Shown: positions 1 through 12,087, numbered from the stretch's first letter. The stretch is 64,000 nucleotides of DNA from an uncultured Acidobacteriota bacterium (GCA_963771395.1 CAVYTY010000022.1:10023-74022), one strand, 5' to 3'. The notes: a model not told the origin generated them from the sequence alone. Numbers and translations: made by a program.

Positions 1-571
1 GCAGCTCCGCCGCACGCACGGCCAGGCGCTCTTCCTCGATAGCGCCGTTGATGGCGCCAATCTCGTCGCGTTCGATCCCGCGAATCCGGTCACGATCGGC
101 CGCAGCTTTCGCGATCAGTGGCTGCAGGGCCAGCCATACCGCGTCCGCACCGCTGGCGAGCTCCTTCTCTCCGTCGGTCAGACGGACCGGCACACCGATG
201 AACGGCCCATACTCTCGACGCTCGAGATAGACCGCCTCCCGCGGCAGGCTTCGGCTCTTGATGTCGGACTCGTCGATCCAGCGGAAGTCGGCGCTCGACA
301 AGTCGCGGTTCCCCAGTTTCAGCTGGATTCGATGGACCCTGGTGGTCGGCGACCCGCTCTGAGGAATCGCCTCGCGCGCCGCGAGCTCGCCAAGCAGCAA
401 GGTGCCGTCGGCGAGGGTCAATCGGACGAGCGGCTTGGGCCAGAAGAAGCCCAACCCGTTGGTCAGAATGAGGCCAATCATGGCGACGATCATCAGCAGG
501 CTGATGCCGAGCGCGGTGCCCGTAAACCAGATTGCCGGGTCGCCTCGCCGAAGAGTTTCTCGGAGCGTCAT
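1..571 (-). CDS. pstA: Phosphate ABC permease PstA, long form; 3' end runs off the window
   Basis: Manual translation from ATG 571, which overlaps the pstC stop: MTLRETLRRGDPAIWFTGTALGISLLMIVAMIGLILTNGLGFFWPKP, typical of long PstA. Directly follows pstC. Confidence 0.8.
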   Translation of the reverse strand, partial: MTLRETLRRGDPAIWFTGTALGISLLMIVAMIGLILTNGLGFFWPKPLVRLTLADGTLLLGELAAREAIPQSGSPTTRVHRIQLKLGNRDLSSADFRWIDESDIKSRSLPREAVYLERREYGPFIGVPVRLTDGEKELASGADAVWLALQPLIAKAAADRDRIRGIERDEIGAINGAIEEERLAVRAAEL

Positions 572-2835
572 CAGAGCGCCCTATACCGCTCGCGCAGGCG
601 CTGCCGCACGAGCTCGGCCACCGTGTTCACGGTGAAGGTCAGGACGAAGAGCAGGGCTGAGGCCAGAAAGAGCACGCGATACAGCGTGCCGCCCTCCGGC
701 GCTTCCGGAATCTCGACCGCGACGTTCGCGGACAAAGTGCGAAAGCCGTTGAAGATCGACCAGTCCATGACTGGCGTATTGCCGGTCGCCATCAGCACGA
801 TCATCGTCTCGCCGACCGCACGGCCGAAGCCCACCATGATCGCCGAGAACACGCCGGGGCTCGCAGTTGGCAGCACGACCCGCACGGCGGTCTGCCACCG
901 GCTCGCCCCGCAGGCGAGCGAGGCAGCGACCAGGTTCGACGGCACGCTCCCGAACGCGTCTTCGCAGATGGTGAAGATGATCGGGATGACCGCAAAACCC
1001 ATCGCCACGCCCACGACGAGGCTGTTGCGCTGGTCGTAGGTGAGGCCGAGCGTGGTCGACAGCCACTGGCGCGCGTCGCCGCCGAACAGCCAGATCTCGA
1101 CGAACGGCGCTATCGCAAATGCCACCCAGCCGCCGATGAGGAGCATCGGCAGGATGACCAGCAGCTCCGCCCCCACCTTGACGCGACGCCGCAGCTTGCG
1201 TGGCAGGACGTTCCAGACGAGGAGCCCCGACGTGCCGAACAGCGGAAACATGATGCCGAGCAACATCACGCCCACGAGGTTGCGCTCGACGACAGCGGCC
1301 AAATACAACCCGGCGACGAAGCCAATGACGACGCTCGGCAGCGCCGCCATGATCTCGACGGTCGGTTTGATGCGGGCGCGCAGGGACGGATGCACGAACT
1401 GCGAGGTGTAGAGCGCCCCCAGGACTCCGAGCGGAATCGCAAAGAGGAGCGCATAGAACGTCCCCTTGATCGTGCCGAACACCAGCGGAGCCAGACTGAT
1501 CTTCGGCTCGAAATCGTCGGTCGCGGCGGTCGACTGCCAGACGTACTCGGGCTTGGCGTAGCCCTCGTACCAGACCTTGCCGAACAAGGTATGGAGACTC
1601 GCCTCAGGATGGGGATTGGCCAGCGCGAACCGATCGATCTCGCCGCCCACCCTGGCAACGAACAGGCCATCGCTCTTGGGGGTCATCACCAGACCCTGCA
1701 CTGCGCTTGCGCCCGGTATCGTCGCGAGCGTACGGCCGGAGGTTTGATGGCGCAGGAGTACAGGACCGTCCGATCCGGCGGTCGCAAACGTGCGATCCCT
1801 CGTCGACGCCGCGATGGCGGCCACGGCTGTGCCCTGCGGAGCGAACTGCGCCGCCCGGACCATGGCCTGGCTCTCTTCGGTCACGGGCGCCCGGAACCAG
1901 GCGCTCACCTGCCCGTCGCCGGTTCCGGCGATGAACGTATTGTTCCCGATGATGTATTCGAGGGCCGTGATGGGCGACGCGCCAACGGGCGACACATCGG
2001 TGAGCGTCGCCGTTTCGCCCAGCAGCCAGTGATACACCTCGCCCCGATCCGTGCCCGCGATGGCCGTTCCCGTTCGCCCGACGCGTACGGCGGTGACCTT
2101 GTGACCATCCCCGGCTCGGACGAGCGCTCGACGCTCCTCGCCTCCGTCGTCGAGCCACCAGAGTGCGACCTCGTTGTCGGACACCTGGCCGGCAACAAAC
2201 TTGCGCTCGCCCTCTTCGAGATACGACACGCGTTGGGCGGCACGTGCTTGAGGATCGAGCGACACGATGCCTCGCTCCCGGACATCGACTTTCACGCTGG
2301 CGATGGCGCCGTCCTGATGCACCGGCACGAAGCGCACCTGCAGGAGCGCCACGCGGCCGTCGGCGGCGCCTGCGGCCACGAAATCACCCAGCAGCGATCG
2401 AGAGGAGGCGATGACGGTCGCGCCAGAGAGCGACGGTGGGCTGACCTCGAGCTCACGCGCCCCCGAACCCCGATTGAAGAAGGCGACTTTACCGCTGGAC
2501 TCTACCGTGTACACATAGCGGCCGAACTCGTCGCTGCCAAGCGCCCGGCGCTCCATCGTCCCCGCTCCCGCGCTCTCGCCCAGGCGAAGCGTGCCCGCAA
2601 GCGTGGTCGACGCCGGCTTGAACAGCGGAACGGCCTCCGCGCCAATGAACACCAGGATGCCGACCACGCTCAGGACAACCGCGATACCGCCAAAGGTGAT
2701 CACCCCCACAGCCGCGCGATCGATTCGCTTGAGCCGCTTGATGCGGCCAGCGGCCCCGGCCATTTGCCGGCGAACGGACGATTCGCCGGCAAGGAAGGCG
2801 GGACCCGGTTGATTCTGAGCTGCAGACACACTCAT
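571..2835 (-). CDS. pstC: Phosphate ABC permease PstC, long form with periplasmic beta-propeller-like insert
   Basis: 754 aa. C-terminal permease motifs (KPTVEIMAALPSVV, EDAFGSVP, GRAVGETMIVLMATGNTP) and WQSTAATDDFEPK typical of long PstC. Confidence 0.92.
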   Translation of the reverse strand: MSVSAAQNQPGPAFLAGESSVRRQMAGAAGRIKRLKRIDRAAVGVITFGGIAVVLSVVGILVFIGAEAVPLFKPASTTLAGTLRLGESAGAGTMERRALGSDEFGRYVYTVESSGKVAFFNRGSGARELEVSPPSLSGATVIASSRSLLGDFVAAGAADGRVALLQVRFVPVHQDGAIASVKVDVRERGIVSLDPQARAAQRVSYLEEGERKFVAGQVSDNEVALWWLDDGGEERRALVRAGDGHKVTAVRVGRTGTAIAGTDRGEVYHWLLGETATLTDVSPVGASPITALEYIIGNNTFIAGTGDGQVSAWFRAPVTEESQAMVRAAQFAPQGTAVAAIAASTRDRTFATAGSDGPVLLRHQTSGRTLATIPGASAVQGLVMTPKSDGLFVARVGGEIDRFALANPHPEASLHTLFGKVWYEGYAKPEYVWQSTAATDDFEPKISLAPLVFGTIKGTFYALLFAIPLGVLGALYTSQFVHPSLRARIKPTVEIMAALPSVVIGFVAGLYLAAVVERNLVGVMLLGIMFPLFGTSGLLVWNVLPRKLRRRVKVGAELLVILPMLLIGGWVAFAIAPFVEIWLFGGDARQWLSTTLGLTYDQRNSLVVGVAMGFAVIPIIFTICEDAFGSVPSNLVAASLACGASRWQTAVRVVLPTASPGVFSAIMVGFGRAVGETMIVLMATGNTPVMDWSIFNGFRTLSANVAVEIPEAPEGGTLYRVLFLASALLFVLTFTVNTVAELVRQRLRERYRAL

Positions 2836-2858
2836 GGCGTAGTCCGGCGAAACGCTAA

Positions 2859-3848
2859 CTACTGCGTCCCCTTGACTCCGCTGATCTTGCCGAGCTCCTC
2901 TTTGACCAACGCCGCCGTCAGCGGCATGTAGCCATCCTTCACCACGGCCTCCTGGCCTTCCTTGCTCAGCACGAGCTTCAGGAACTCCAGCGGTAGCGGA
3001 TCGAGCGGCTTCCCTGGGGCCTTGTTGACGTAGACGTACAGGAAGCGGGCCAAGGGATACTTCCCGCTGGTCACCTCGTCATACGTGCCTTCGTAGAACG
3101 GACCGGTGGGCTGCTCCGCGAGCGGCACGGCTCTCACGCCAGACGTCCGGTAGCCGCTGCCGCTGTAGCCGATCGCGTACCGATCCTCGGTGATTCCCTG
3201 GACGACCGACGCCGAGCCCGGCTGCTCCTTGACGGTGTCCTTGTAGTCGCCGTTCTTGAGGACCACCTCTTTGAAGAATCCGTAGGTACCGCTCGCCGAG
3301 TTGCGGCCGTAGAGACCGATGGGCCTGGCGGCCCACTCGCCCTCGAGACCGAGCTGCCCCCACGTCGTGACGTTGGCCTTGAACCCTCGTTTGCGGCTTT
3401 TCCCGAAGATCGCTTCGACTTGTGCCAGCGACAGCTGCTTGATGGGGTTGTCTTTGTGGACGTACACCGCCAGCGCATCGAAGCTCGTCCTCAGCTCGGT
3501 CGGCTTGTAGCCATACTTCTGCTCGAACTGATCGATTTCGGTTGAGCGCATCGTCCTCGACATCGGACCGAACTGCGCCGTGCCGGCGATGATCGCCGGC
3601 GGCGCCGTGGACGACCCCTTGCCTTCGACCTGCACCTTGACGTTCGGGTAGTACTTCCGGAACGTCTCGGCCCAGAGCGTCATGAGGTTGTTCATCGTGT
3701 CGGACCCGATGCTGCTCAGGTTGCCTGAGACCCCGCTCGCCTTCTGATAGCCAGCAATCGCCGGGTCCACCTTCAACACCTGGCGGGCCGACGTCCCGAG
3801 CGTCGTCACAGCCAGGAGAGCCGCAACAGCAAGAAATACGCGCTTCAT
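2859..3848 (-). CDS. pstS: Phosphate-binding protein PstS (copy 1)
   Basis: Signal peptide MKRVFLAVAA; motifs GSDTMNNL, GKGSSTAPPA, GRNSASGTYGFF, YPLARFLYVYVNK. Confidence 0.93.
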   Translation of the reverse strand: MKRVFLAVAALLAVTTLGTSARQVLKVDPAIAGYQKASGVSGNLSSIGSDTMNNLMTLWAETFRKYYPNVKVQVEGKGSSTAPPAIIAGTAQFGPMSRTMRSTEIDQFEQKYGYKPTELRTSFDALAVYVHKDNPIKQLSLAQVEAIFGKSRKRGFKANVTTWGQLGLEGEWAARPIGLYGRNSASGTYGFFKEVVLKNGDYKDTVKEQPGSASVVQGITEDRYAIGYSGSGYRTSGVRAVPLAEQPTGPFYEGTYDEVTSGKYPLARFLYVYVNKAPGKPLDPLPLEFLKLVLSKEGQEAVVKDGYMPLTAALVKEELGKISGVKGTQ

Positions 3849-3905
3849 GTTTGTTCCTTCCTTGTCGCGCGTGTCGAGCTGGTTTGTCATCCGTTGCCGC
3901 GTCCC

Positions 3906-5373
3906 TCAGAAGATGAATTGCGCCTGCAGGCGAAGTTCGTTGTCCTTCCGCTTGTTGCTGTTCGTTGCGCCGAGACCGGTCTCCACGCGGCCGAAGTCCA
4001 TCTGGAACTTGAGCGTGTGGCGGCGATAGTAGTAGTTGATACCCCCGCGGATCTCCTGGATGTCGTCGTTGGTGATGAGATCCGAGAGCTCGCGCTGGCC
4101 GTATCGGACGGCGGCTTCCCACGTGCGGAACTGATTGAGCATCATGCCGGCCTGAAGATAGCCGCCATTCGAGTCGAACTTCGCCCCGCTCTCGGGCGTT
4201 CGCCTGCGGTAGAAGTACTCCCCGGTCGTTGAAAAGCCCTTGAACTTGTAGACGCCGTCGATCCCGACGGCGGTCGACTTCAAGTCGATGCCTGTCGTGG
4301 TCCCATGGAAGTCGTTGCTCTCGAAATTGAGGCCGAAGGCATACAGCGCAGCCGTCGTCGATTCGAAGTCCGCCTCCGAATACAGCGCGCCGCTGACCCA
4401 GGCGCGCTGCGCCAGCACCTGGTTCCCGTTCGGCTGCCACATCAGGCGGGCGTTGTACTGGAACTTGTCGTTGTCGTTGCTCGGCCTGTTCAGCCCGTTG
4501 CCGTTGAACATGCCTACTCGGTACTCGATCTTGTTGCTCCAAACGGCGCCCTGGACCGACACGCCAATGTCTCGCCCGCGCTCGTATTCATCGGCCACGA
4601 GCGAGCGATCGACGAACTGCTGATTGCCGGACGACGTCATCTGCTGCCGCCCGAACGGCACTTTGTACTGTCCGAAGACGATGCGGAACTTGCCCATCCC
4701 CTGCGGATCCCACGCGATGTTGGCGTCCTCGAGAATGGCGCCGACGTTGGCCGGCTGCGCGCCGACGTTGGCGCCAACGGCCGCCCAGTTCAGCTGCAGC
4801 TCATAGGACAGCTTCGGCATTGGGAGTCCGCGGCGAGGGAGCCACTTCGGTGGAATCCAGAACCACCCCTCGAGCTTGAACTTGGCACGACGGATGCGGA
4901 ACGAGCCCTTCGAATCGCCCGCAGCGCCCGTTCCTGGCAGAATCGGCGAGAGGTCGTCCGGGAATTCGTGCGTGTATCTCGGCTGAATACGGTTGGAGAT
5001 CTCGAGGTAGGCGAAATCGGTCGTAATCCTCGTCTTGCCATCGCGCCACTCGACGCGCTGGAGCGGCGCGGGAGGCTCGGGAACGGGCTCAGAAATCCCG
5101 TGCTTGAAGAAAAAGAGCTGGAGCGCCCGCTCGGTGTCGCCGACTACGGTCTCGCCTTTCGGGCCCGACGCCAGGTCTCGTGACGCCCCGGCCCATCTCG
5201 CCCGTCTTCTCGAATCTGTCGGCCTCTTCCGCGATGTTGAAGACGTAGATGCGTCCGTCCTTGGCGATCTCCTTGTAGTAGAACCCCTGCGCATCCGCGG
5301 ACCGCGCGCCGACGAGCACCGCCAATAGCGCCGACAAAGCCCAGCAGACCGTTCCACGCCACGATGCTCTCAT
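3906..5373 (-). CDS. Phosphate-selective porin (OprO/OprP family); frameshift near 5165
   Basis: FRIRRAKFKLEG and GQYKVPFGRQQMTSS motifs, C-terminal Phe. The signal peptide (MRASWRGTVCWALSALLA) is in another frame. First gene of the pstSCA operon. Confidence 0.82.
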
Positions 5374-5604
5374 GCGCTGATCTCCTTCAGCCCCTTCCCG
5401 GAATCCCGGTGCCCGTCTGCCCAACGCTCGCACCACCGTATCTCAATGCGTCTCCAAGCCGACGACGACCGCGTAAAACGCTCGCCCGCGCGTCGTCCTC
5501 GCTCCATAGCGGCACACGTCGGTGCGCTCAAAGTGCGGCAGCGGCTCTGTCGATCGATTGGATGATGCGAGTAAGGCCAGACCTCAGCAGCCTATTGACT
5601 GCAT

Positions 5605-5642
5605 GTTATCGGCGAGTGACGCCCAGGTTACGGTGAGGTTAA
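5605..5642 (-). promoter_or_regulatory. Pho-box-like array of four half-sites at 11-bp period
   Basis: + strand GTTAT(5605), GTGAC(5616), GTTAC(5627), GTTAA(5638); reads TTAAC/GTAAC/GTCAC/ATAAC on the minus strand, upstream of the porin-pstSCA operon. Confidence 0.65.
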
Positions 5643-5830
5643 TTCGCCGTGTCAGTGCAGCGTGGCGGAGTGTCATTTGCGGTCCCTCTCTCGACTTCTC
5701 GTGCCGGGCACGATTTAACTCTGATGAAACGGGAGCGTTGCAGGTGGTTCACAGCCGCTCACTACTGTGATGGCGCGCGATACGCACATCCAGCCGATCG
5801 GACGCCAGCATTTCTCATCAGAGGGAGAAC

Positions 5831-8800
5831 ATGAACCTGCACCGCAACATTGCACGTTTGGTTTTGTACGGCGCCCTGGCGCTAGTGACTGCCGCGCCCG
5901 TCGCGGCGCAACAGACGGAATCGCGAATCGTCGGCAAGGTCACCGACGCCAGCGGCGCCGTGCTACCCGGAGTGACGGTCACGATTACAGCGACCCAGAC
6001 CGGAGCGGCGCGATCGGTCGTGACCGACGCCGAGGGCCGCTACATCGTCACGAACCTCCCGCCAGGCCAGTACGAAGTGCGCGGCGACTTGAGTGGGTTC
6101 GCCCCGAACCGCGGCGAGATCGCCGTCGGCGCCGGCGACATCAAGCCGCTCGACCTCTCGCTCGCCGTCGCCAACGTCGCAGAAGCCGTCAGCGTCATGG
6201 CCGATGCCACGGTGATCGACACGACATCGGCGAAGATCGGGGTCAACGTATCGCCCGAGGAGCTCAAGAGCCTGCCGGTCAACGGCCGGAACTTCGCCAA
6301 CCTCATGACGCTGGCGACGGGGGCCACGAGCGACGGCAACGGCGGCTGGGCGAGCGTCCGGTTCAACGGCAAGTCCAATCAGCAGAACTACCTGAACTAC
6401 GACGGCGTGGACGGCAGCTACGTCTGGGACGCGAGCCCGGGCTATCTCAACGCCACGGGCTCGCAGTTCCGGCTGCAGACGTCGATGGAATCGATCGCCG
6501 AGTTCAGGGTCAACTCGGGCCTGGCGCCGGCCGAGAGCGGTCTCGGCGCGGGCGGCAACATCACCGTGATCAGCAAGAGCGGCGGCAACCGGTTCAACGG
6601 CTCGCTCTTCAACTACTTCCGCAACGACGCGCTCGATTCCGCGAGCAAGTACGATGACCAGAAGCAGGATCTCGAGTTCAATCAGTTCGGCGGCTCGGTG
6701 GGCGGCCCGATCGCCGCGAACAAGACGTTCTTCTTCGGCAGCTACGAGGGCCTGAAGCAGACGATCGGCCTCTCGTTCACTGAGGCCGTGCCGAGCGCCG
6801 AAGCCATTCGCCGCATCCAGGCCGGAGAGCCTGTCGGCAGCGGCTCCGGCCAGAGCCCGGCGCGGACGCAGGCCGTGGCTCCGCTGCTTGCCGGCTTCCC
6901 GCAGGGCACGGTCGCCACCGCCAACCCGCTCCTGGCGCTCGCCACGCTCACCACGCAGGCCGAGCAGACGGAGCACGCCATCTCGGCTCGCGTCGATCAC
7001 CGCTTCACGAACAACCAGTCATTGTACGCGCGCGTGCTCTACAGCGACGGCGACGTCGACACGCCGGATCGGACCGTCACGCCGAGACGCGTGCACGCTA
7101 CGCAGCAGCCGCTCAACGTGGTGCTCAACCACCAGTCGCTCTTCGGCACGAACGTGATTAACGAAGCACGGGTCGGATTCAACCGTCCGAGGTACAACGC
7201 GATCGCGTTCGGCACGCCGGGGTACGACCCCACGCAGGTGTCGCTCTCAGGCACGGTGACCTCGCAGTCGATCGACGCCCGCGGCACCACCGGCGTCGCG
7301 CGGAGCGGGCTGCTCGTCCGCGCCACCAGCAACGCGTCGACCAACGGGCAGTCGTACGACCCACGCTCGATTGCCCTCAGCGACACGGTGACGATCTCGC
7401 ACCGCGCGCACACGTTCAAGTTCGGCGGCGAATACCGGAACATCGCGTCGCAGTTCCAGTTCCTCGGCAGCAACGAGATCACCTACGGCGGCATCAACGA
7501 GTTCATCGACAATCGGCCGACGCAGGTGGCCGTCTCGCTCGAGTCGCCCGTCTTCACACCGGAGCAGTACTACCTCATCGGCTTTGCTCAGGACACGTGG
7601 CGCGTCGGGGGCCGGCTGACCCTCGAGCTCGGCCTCCGCTACGACTTCTACTCGGTGGTCAAGGAGAAGGATCAGAAAGCCAAGCCCTTCTTCATCGAAG
7701 AGAACGCGTTCGGCACCGACCCCGACAACTTCTACAACCCCGACAAGAACAACTTCTCTCCGCGTCTCTCCGCGGTCTACCAGTTGAGTGACAAGACCGC
7801 GATCCGGGCCGGCTACGGACTCTTCTACGGCCCCGGGCAGTTCGAGGACCGTATCCAGCCGATCGAAAACTTCATCGAGCGGCGCCGCGTGCAGTCGACC
7901 GACGTCCCGGGAGGCGGGCTCGCCTATCCCGTGGACCCGGGGATCTACCGCAACCTCCTGTCGGTCCGCGGCTACACGCACGAGCGGCCCGACGAGTACA
8001 ACGTGCAGTACGGCGCGAGCCTCTCGCACGAGCTCCCCGGCGCGATCAACCTGACTGTCGGCTACACCGGCAGCCAGGGCCGCGACATGTTCCTCCGTGG
8101 CGTCGCGAACACGTTCGACAACGTGACGCGCGTGCGGCCCGTCCCGTCGGTCGGCCAGGTCGACTACAAGACCTCGGGCTGCCTCGATGGCCTCATCATC
8201 AATGGAAATCCCATCAGCGGCTGCGGCGAGGCCAGCTACGACGCGCTGCAGATCGGGTTGAGCCGGAGATTCCGCTCCGGCTTCAGCGGCGGCCTCAACT
8301 ACCAGGTACTCGCGCAACAAGGGGACGACCCAGGGGTCGAACGAAGCGGCAACCGCGGCAAACACGTTCGACTACAACAGCGAGTTCGGCCGGAACCCGA
8401 CCGATATTCCACACACCTTCAACGGCTCGCTCACTTACATGCTGCCCTTCGAGGGGCTATGGGCCGGCGGCTGGCGCGTGGGCGGCATCGTGAATGCTCG
8501 AAGCGGCGTGCCGATCAACGTCACCATCAACAGGCCGGATACGGTAACTGTCGGCGGCGTCACAGTGACCAACGTCCCTGGCGGCAACACCCGCGGCACA
8601 CTGCGCCCGGACCTGGTCCCCGGCGTCGACCCGTATCTGAAGGACGGCGTGCGCTGGCTCAACCCGGCGGCCTTCGCAGCGCCGTTGCCGGGCACGTTCG
8701 GCAACCTGCCGCGCAATTTCCTTCGCGGGCCTGAGTTCTGGCAGGTCGACCTGATGACCAGCAAGGATTTCCGGTTTGGCCAGAACCAGGGGGTTCAGGT

Positions 8801-8996
8801 CCGGCTCGAGATCTTCAACATCATCAACCGCTTGAACTACGAGAACCCGGCGGCCGCGCTGCCCGCAGGCACCATAGGTCAGCCGTTCACGGACGCCGTG
8901 GCCGGGACGTTCGGCTACATGCTCGGGCCGCTGAACCGGACCGTCGGACTCGGAACCGCGCGCCAGACACAGCTCGCGATCCGCTACTTGTTCTGA
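5831..8996 (+). CDS. TonB-dependent receptor (Oar-like, carboxypeptidase-regulatory-like N-domain); frameshift near 8305
   Basis: GKVTDASGAVLPGVTVT, LPVNGRNFANL, ISKSGGNRFNGS, NQFGGSVGGPI; ends RQTQLAIRYLF in the second ORF (8439..8996). Confidence 0.88.
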
Positions 8997-9004
8997 GCCG
9001 AGAC

Positions 9005-9093
9005 CTGGGATCGGGGGCAGGGATCCGGGGATCGGCGTAACTCGAACAGAGGGAGATTCCCCGATCCCTGGATCGCTGATCTCCGATCCCTGA
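9005..9093. repeat. GGGATC/GATCCC short-period inverted repeat (hairpin)
   Basis: Left arm gggatcgggggcagggatccggggatcgg; right arm ccccgatccctggatcgctgatctccgatccc. Lies just after the receptor stop. Confidence 0.65.
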
Positions 9094-9094
9094 T

Positions 9095-9121
9095 TTTACG
9101 CTCCTGTAACATCGGTGTGAC
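9095..9121 (+). promoter_or_regulatory. Pho-box-like array
   Basis: TTTAC(9095), GTAAC(9106), GTGAC(9117) at 11-bp spacing upstream of pstS2. Confidence 0.6.
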
Positions 9122-9228
9122 CGAGCCGAAATCGGCCCCGCCTATCATTCACACATGCGGCCGGATCGTCGCCCGACAGATGTGCCTGGCGGTCTGGGGC
9201 GACGCGAAGGGTTGCGAAAGGTGATTCC

Positions 9229-10263
9229 ATGTCAGCAGTAGCGAGGATTGCAAGTGTGTCGCTCGTAGCGCTCGGTCTTCTGGGTAGCGTCGCGTGCGGT
9301 GGCAGCGGCACCGAGGGCACGCCCGGCGCAGCACCAGGAGCCAAGGTCATCACCGCGGACGGGTCGAGCACTGTGGCTCCCGTGACCGAAGCGGTCGCGG
9401 AGGAGTTCCAGAAAGCCAATCCTGGCACGCGGGTGACGGTCGGAACCTCGGGCACAGGCGGCGGCTTCCAGAAGTTCTGCCGCGACGAGACCGACATCTC
9501 CGATGCATCCCGCCCCATCACTCCCGCCGAGACCGCGGCCTGCGCGAAGACCGGTGTCGCGTACATCGAAGTGCCGGTGGCCTACGACGGGCTCGCGGTC
9601 GTCGTCAACCCCAAGAACACGTGGGCCGCGTCGATGACCGTAGCCGAGCTCAAAGCGCTGTGGGAGCCGGCAGCCCAAGGCAAGGTGATGCGCTGGAACC
9701 AGGTTCGCCCGGCCTGGCCGGATCGTGAAATCCACCTGTTCGGCGCGGGCGTCGATTCCGGGACGTTCGACTATTTCACCGAAGCGATCGTCGGCAAGAC
9801 CAAGGCGAGCCGCGGCGACTACACGTCGAGCGAAGACGACAACGTCATCGTCCAGGGCGTGAGCGGCGACGAGAACGCGCTGGGCTATTTCGGCTTCGCG
9901 TACTACGAACAGAATCACGACAAGCTCAAACTCGTGGCCATCGACGATGGCGTCGACACCAACGGACAAGGGCCGATCGCGCCGTCGCCGGAGACGGTGA
10001 AAAACGGGACCTACCGCCCGCTCTCCAGGCCCATCTTCATCTACCCCAAGGTCAAGGCGCTCGATCGGGCCGAAGTGAAGAACTTCGTGGACTTCTACCT
10101 CACCAAGGGCATCCCGCTCATCCGTGAAGTCGGGTATATCCCGCTGACGGATTCCGAATATGGCATGGTGCGGAAGCGGTTCAGCGATCGCAAGACGGGG
10201 TCGATGTACGAAGGCGTCGACAGTCACAGCCAGGTGACGCTCGAGCAACGGCTGTCCCGGTAG
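9229..10263 (+). CDS. pstS: Phosphate-binding lipoprotein PstS (copy 2)
   Basis: Lipobox SVAC; [43 protein letters not shown]. Confidence 0.93.
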   Translation: MSAVARIASVSLVALGLLGSVACGGSGTEGTPGAAPGAKVITADGSSTVAPVTEAVAEEFQKANPGTRVTVGTSGTGGGFQKFCRDETDISDASRPITPAETAACAKTGVAYIEVPVAYDGLAVVVNPKNTWAASMTVAELKALWEPAAQGKVMRWNQVRPAWPDREIHLFGAGVDSGTFDYFTEAIVGKTKASRGDYTSSEDDNVIVQGVSGDENALGYFGFAYYEQNHDKLKLVAIDDGVDTNGQGPIAPSPETVKNGTYRPLSRPIFIYPKVKALDRAEVKNFVDFYLTKGIPLIREVGYIPLTDSEYGMVRKRFSDRKTGSMYEGVDSHSQVTLEQRLSR

Positions 10264-10281
10264 ATCGCACGGACGCTCGGG

Positions 10282-11174
10282 ATGACGAAACGACGTCTGC
10301 GCGGGGTGGTCGAGTTCATCATCGAGCGGATGCTGTTTCTCTGCGCCGCAGGCTCGATTCTGGTCACCGCCGGGATCGTTCTGGTGCTGCTCTTCGAGAC
10401 CGCCGCCTTCCTCAGCGAGGTGCCGATCACCGAGTTTCTCTTCGGCACGGTCTGGACGCCGCTCTTTTCGACAAGCATTTCGGCGTCCTCCCGCTGGTGA
10501 CGGGCACGCTGCTCGCCTCGGGAATCGCCATGCTGATTGCGCTGCCGGCCGGCCTCATGACCGCCGTCTATCTCAGCGAGTACACGCCATCGATCGTCCG
10601 CAGAACGGTCAAGCCAGTCCTCGAGCTGCTGGCAGGAGTCCCCACAGTCGTCTACGGTTACTTCGCGCTGCTCTTCGTCACGCCAAAGCTTCAGGCCATC
10701 ATGCCGGGGCTCTCGGGCTTCAACGCGCTGAGCCCGGGCATCGTCATGGGCATCATGATTCTGCCGCTCGTGTCGTCGCTCTCGGAGGATGCCTTGAGAA
10801 GCGTGCCGAACGGCCTGCGCGAGGGCGCCTACGCGCTCGGCGCGACCCGGATGGAGGCGGCGCTTCGTGTCGTCCTCCCCGCCGCGTTTTCAGGCATCTC
10901 TGCGGCGTGCGTGCTCGCTGTGTCGCGCGCGATCGGCGAAACCATGATCGTGGCGATTGCCGCAGGACAGCAGCCTCGCCTGACACTCGATCCCCGCGTG
11001 CCTGTTGAGACAATGACCGCCTACATCGTGCAGGTCAGTCTGGGAGACACGCCGGGCGGCACGATCGAGTACCGCACCATCTTTGCCGTCGGCATGCTGC
11101 TCTTCGTCAGCACGTTCGTGCTCAACCTGTTCTCGAACTGGTTGCGCGAACGCTTCCGGGAAGAATACGAATGA
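10282..11174 (+). CDS. pstC: Phosphate ABC permease PstC (copy 2, short form); frameshift near 10470
   Basis: ORFs 10282..10500 and 10497..11174; [26 protein letters not shown]. Confidence 0.9.
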
Positions 11175-12063
11175 CGTCGACTACAGCGGTGGCGACGGCG
11201 ACCGGAGAAGTCTCAACACCGGCACACGGCGCGCGCGCGACTGGCTGTTCGCCTTGTTCGGCCTGTTGTCGACGCTGCTCGGCCTCGTCGCGCTCGGCGC
11301 CCTGCTCTACGACGTCATCTCCGACGGTGCCGGCCGGCTGTCGTGGCAGTTCCTGACCAGCTACACCTCCCGTCGCGCTGAAGACGCGGGGATCTATGCG
11401 GCGCTTGTCGGCAGCATGTTCGTCATCGCCCTGACGGCCGCCATCGCCATCCCGCTGGGAGTGGCGGCCGCCCTGCACCTCGAGGAATATGGCGGGCGCG
11501 GCCGACTGTCGCGCCTCATCGAGATCAACATCTCGAATCTTGCCGGCGTGCCCGCCATCATTTACGGACTGCTCGGTCTGGGCCTGTTCGTCCGAACCAT
11601 GGGCATGGGACAGAGCGTGCTGGCTGGCGCGTCAACGCTGGCGTTGCTCGTGCTGCCCGTCGTGATCCTTTCGACACGGGAAGCGCTCCGCGCGGTGCCA
11701 AGTTCGCTCCGTGAGGGTTCGTACGCGCTCGGCGCGACGAAATGGCAGACCATGTGGCATCAGGTGCTGCCGGCGGCCTTTCCCGGCATCCTCACCGGCC
11801 TCATCCTTTCGCTGTCGCGGGCCATCGGCGAAACCGCACCGCTCGTCACGATCGGCGCGCTGACCTACGTGCCCTTCGCACCAGACAGCATCTGGTCGCC
11901 GTTCACCGTGCTCCCGATTCAGGTCTTCGCCTGGGTTTCCCGTCCTCAGGCATCCTTCGCTGAAAATGCCGCCGCAGGAATCCTCGTGCTGCTCGGCTTG
12001 CTGCTGGTCATGAACGCCACGGCAATCGCGCTCAGGGATCGCCTGCAGCGTCACACGCGTTGA
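11171..12063 (+). CDS. pstA: Phosphate ABC permease PstA (copy 2); probable frameshift near 11210
   Basis: ATG overlaps the pstC stop; [24 protein letters not shown]. Confidence 0.9.
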
Positions 12064-12087
12064 GAGGGGGAAGCCGACCTCACGCTG

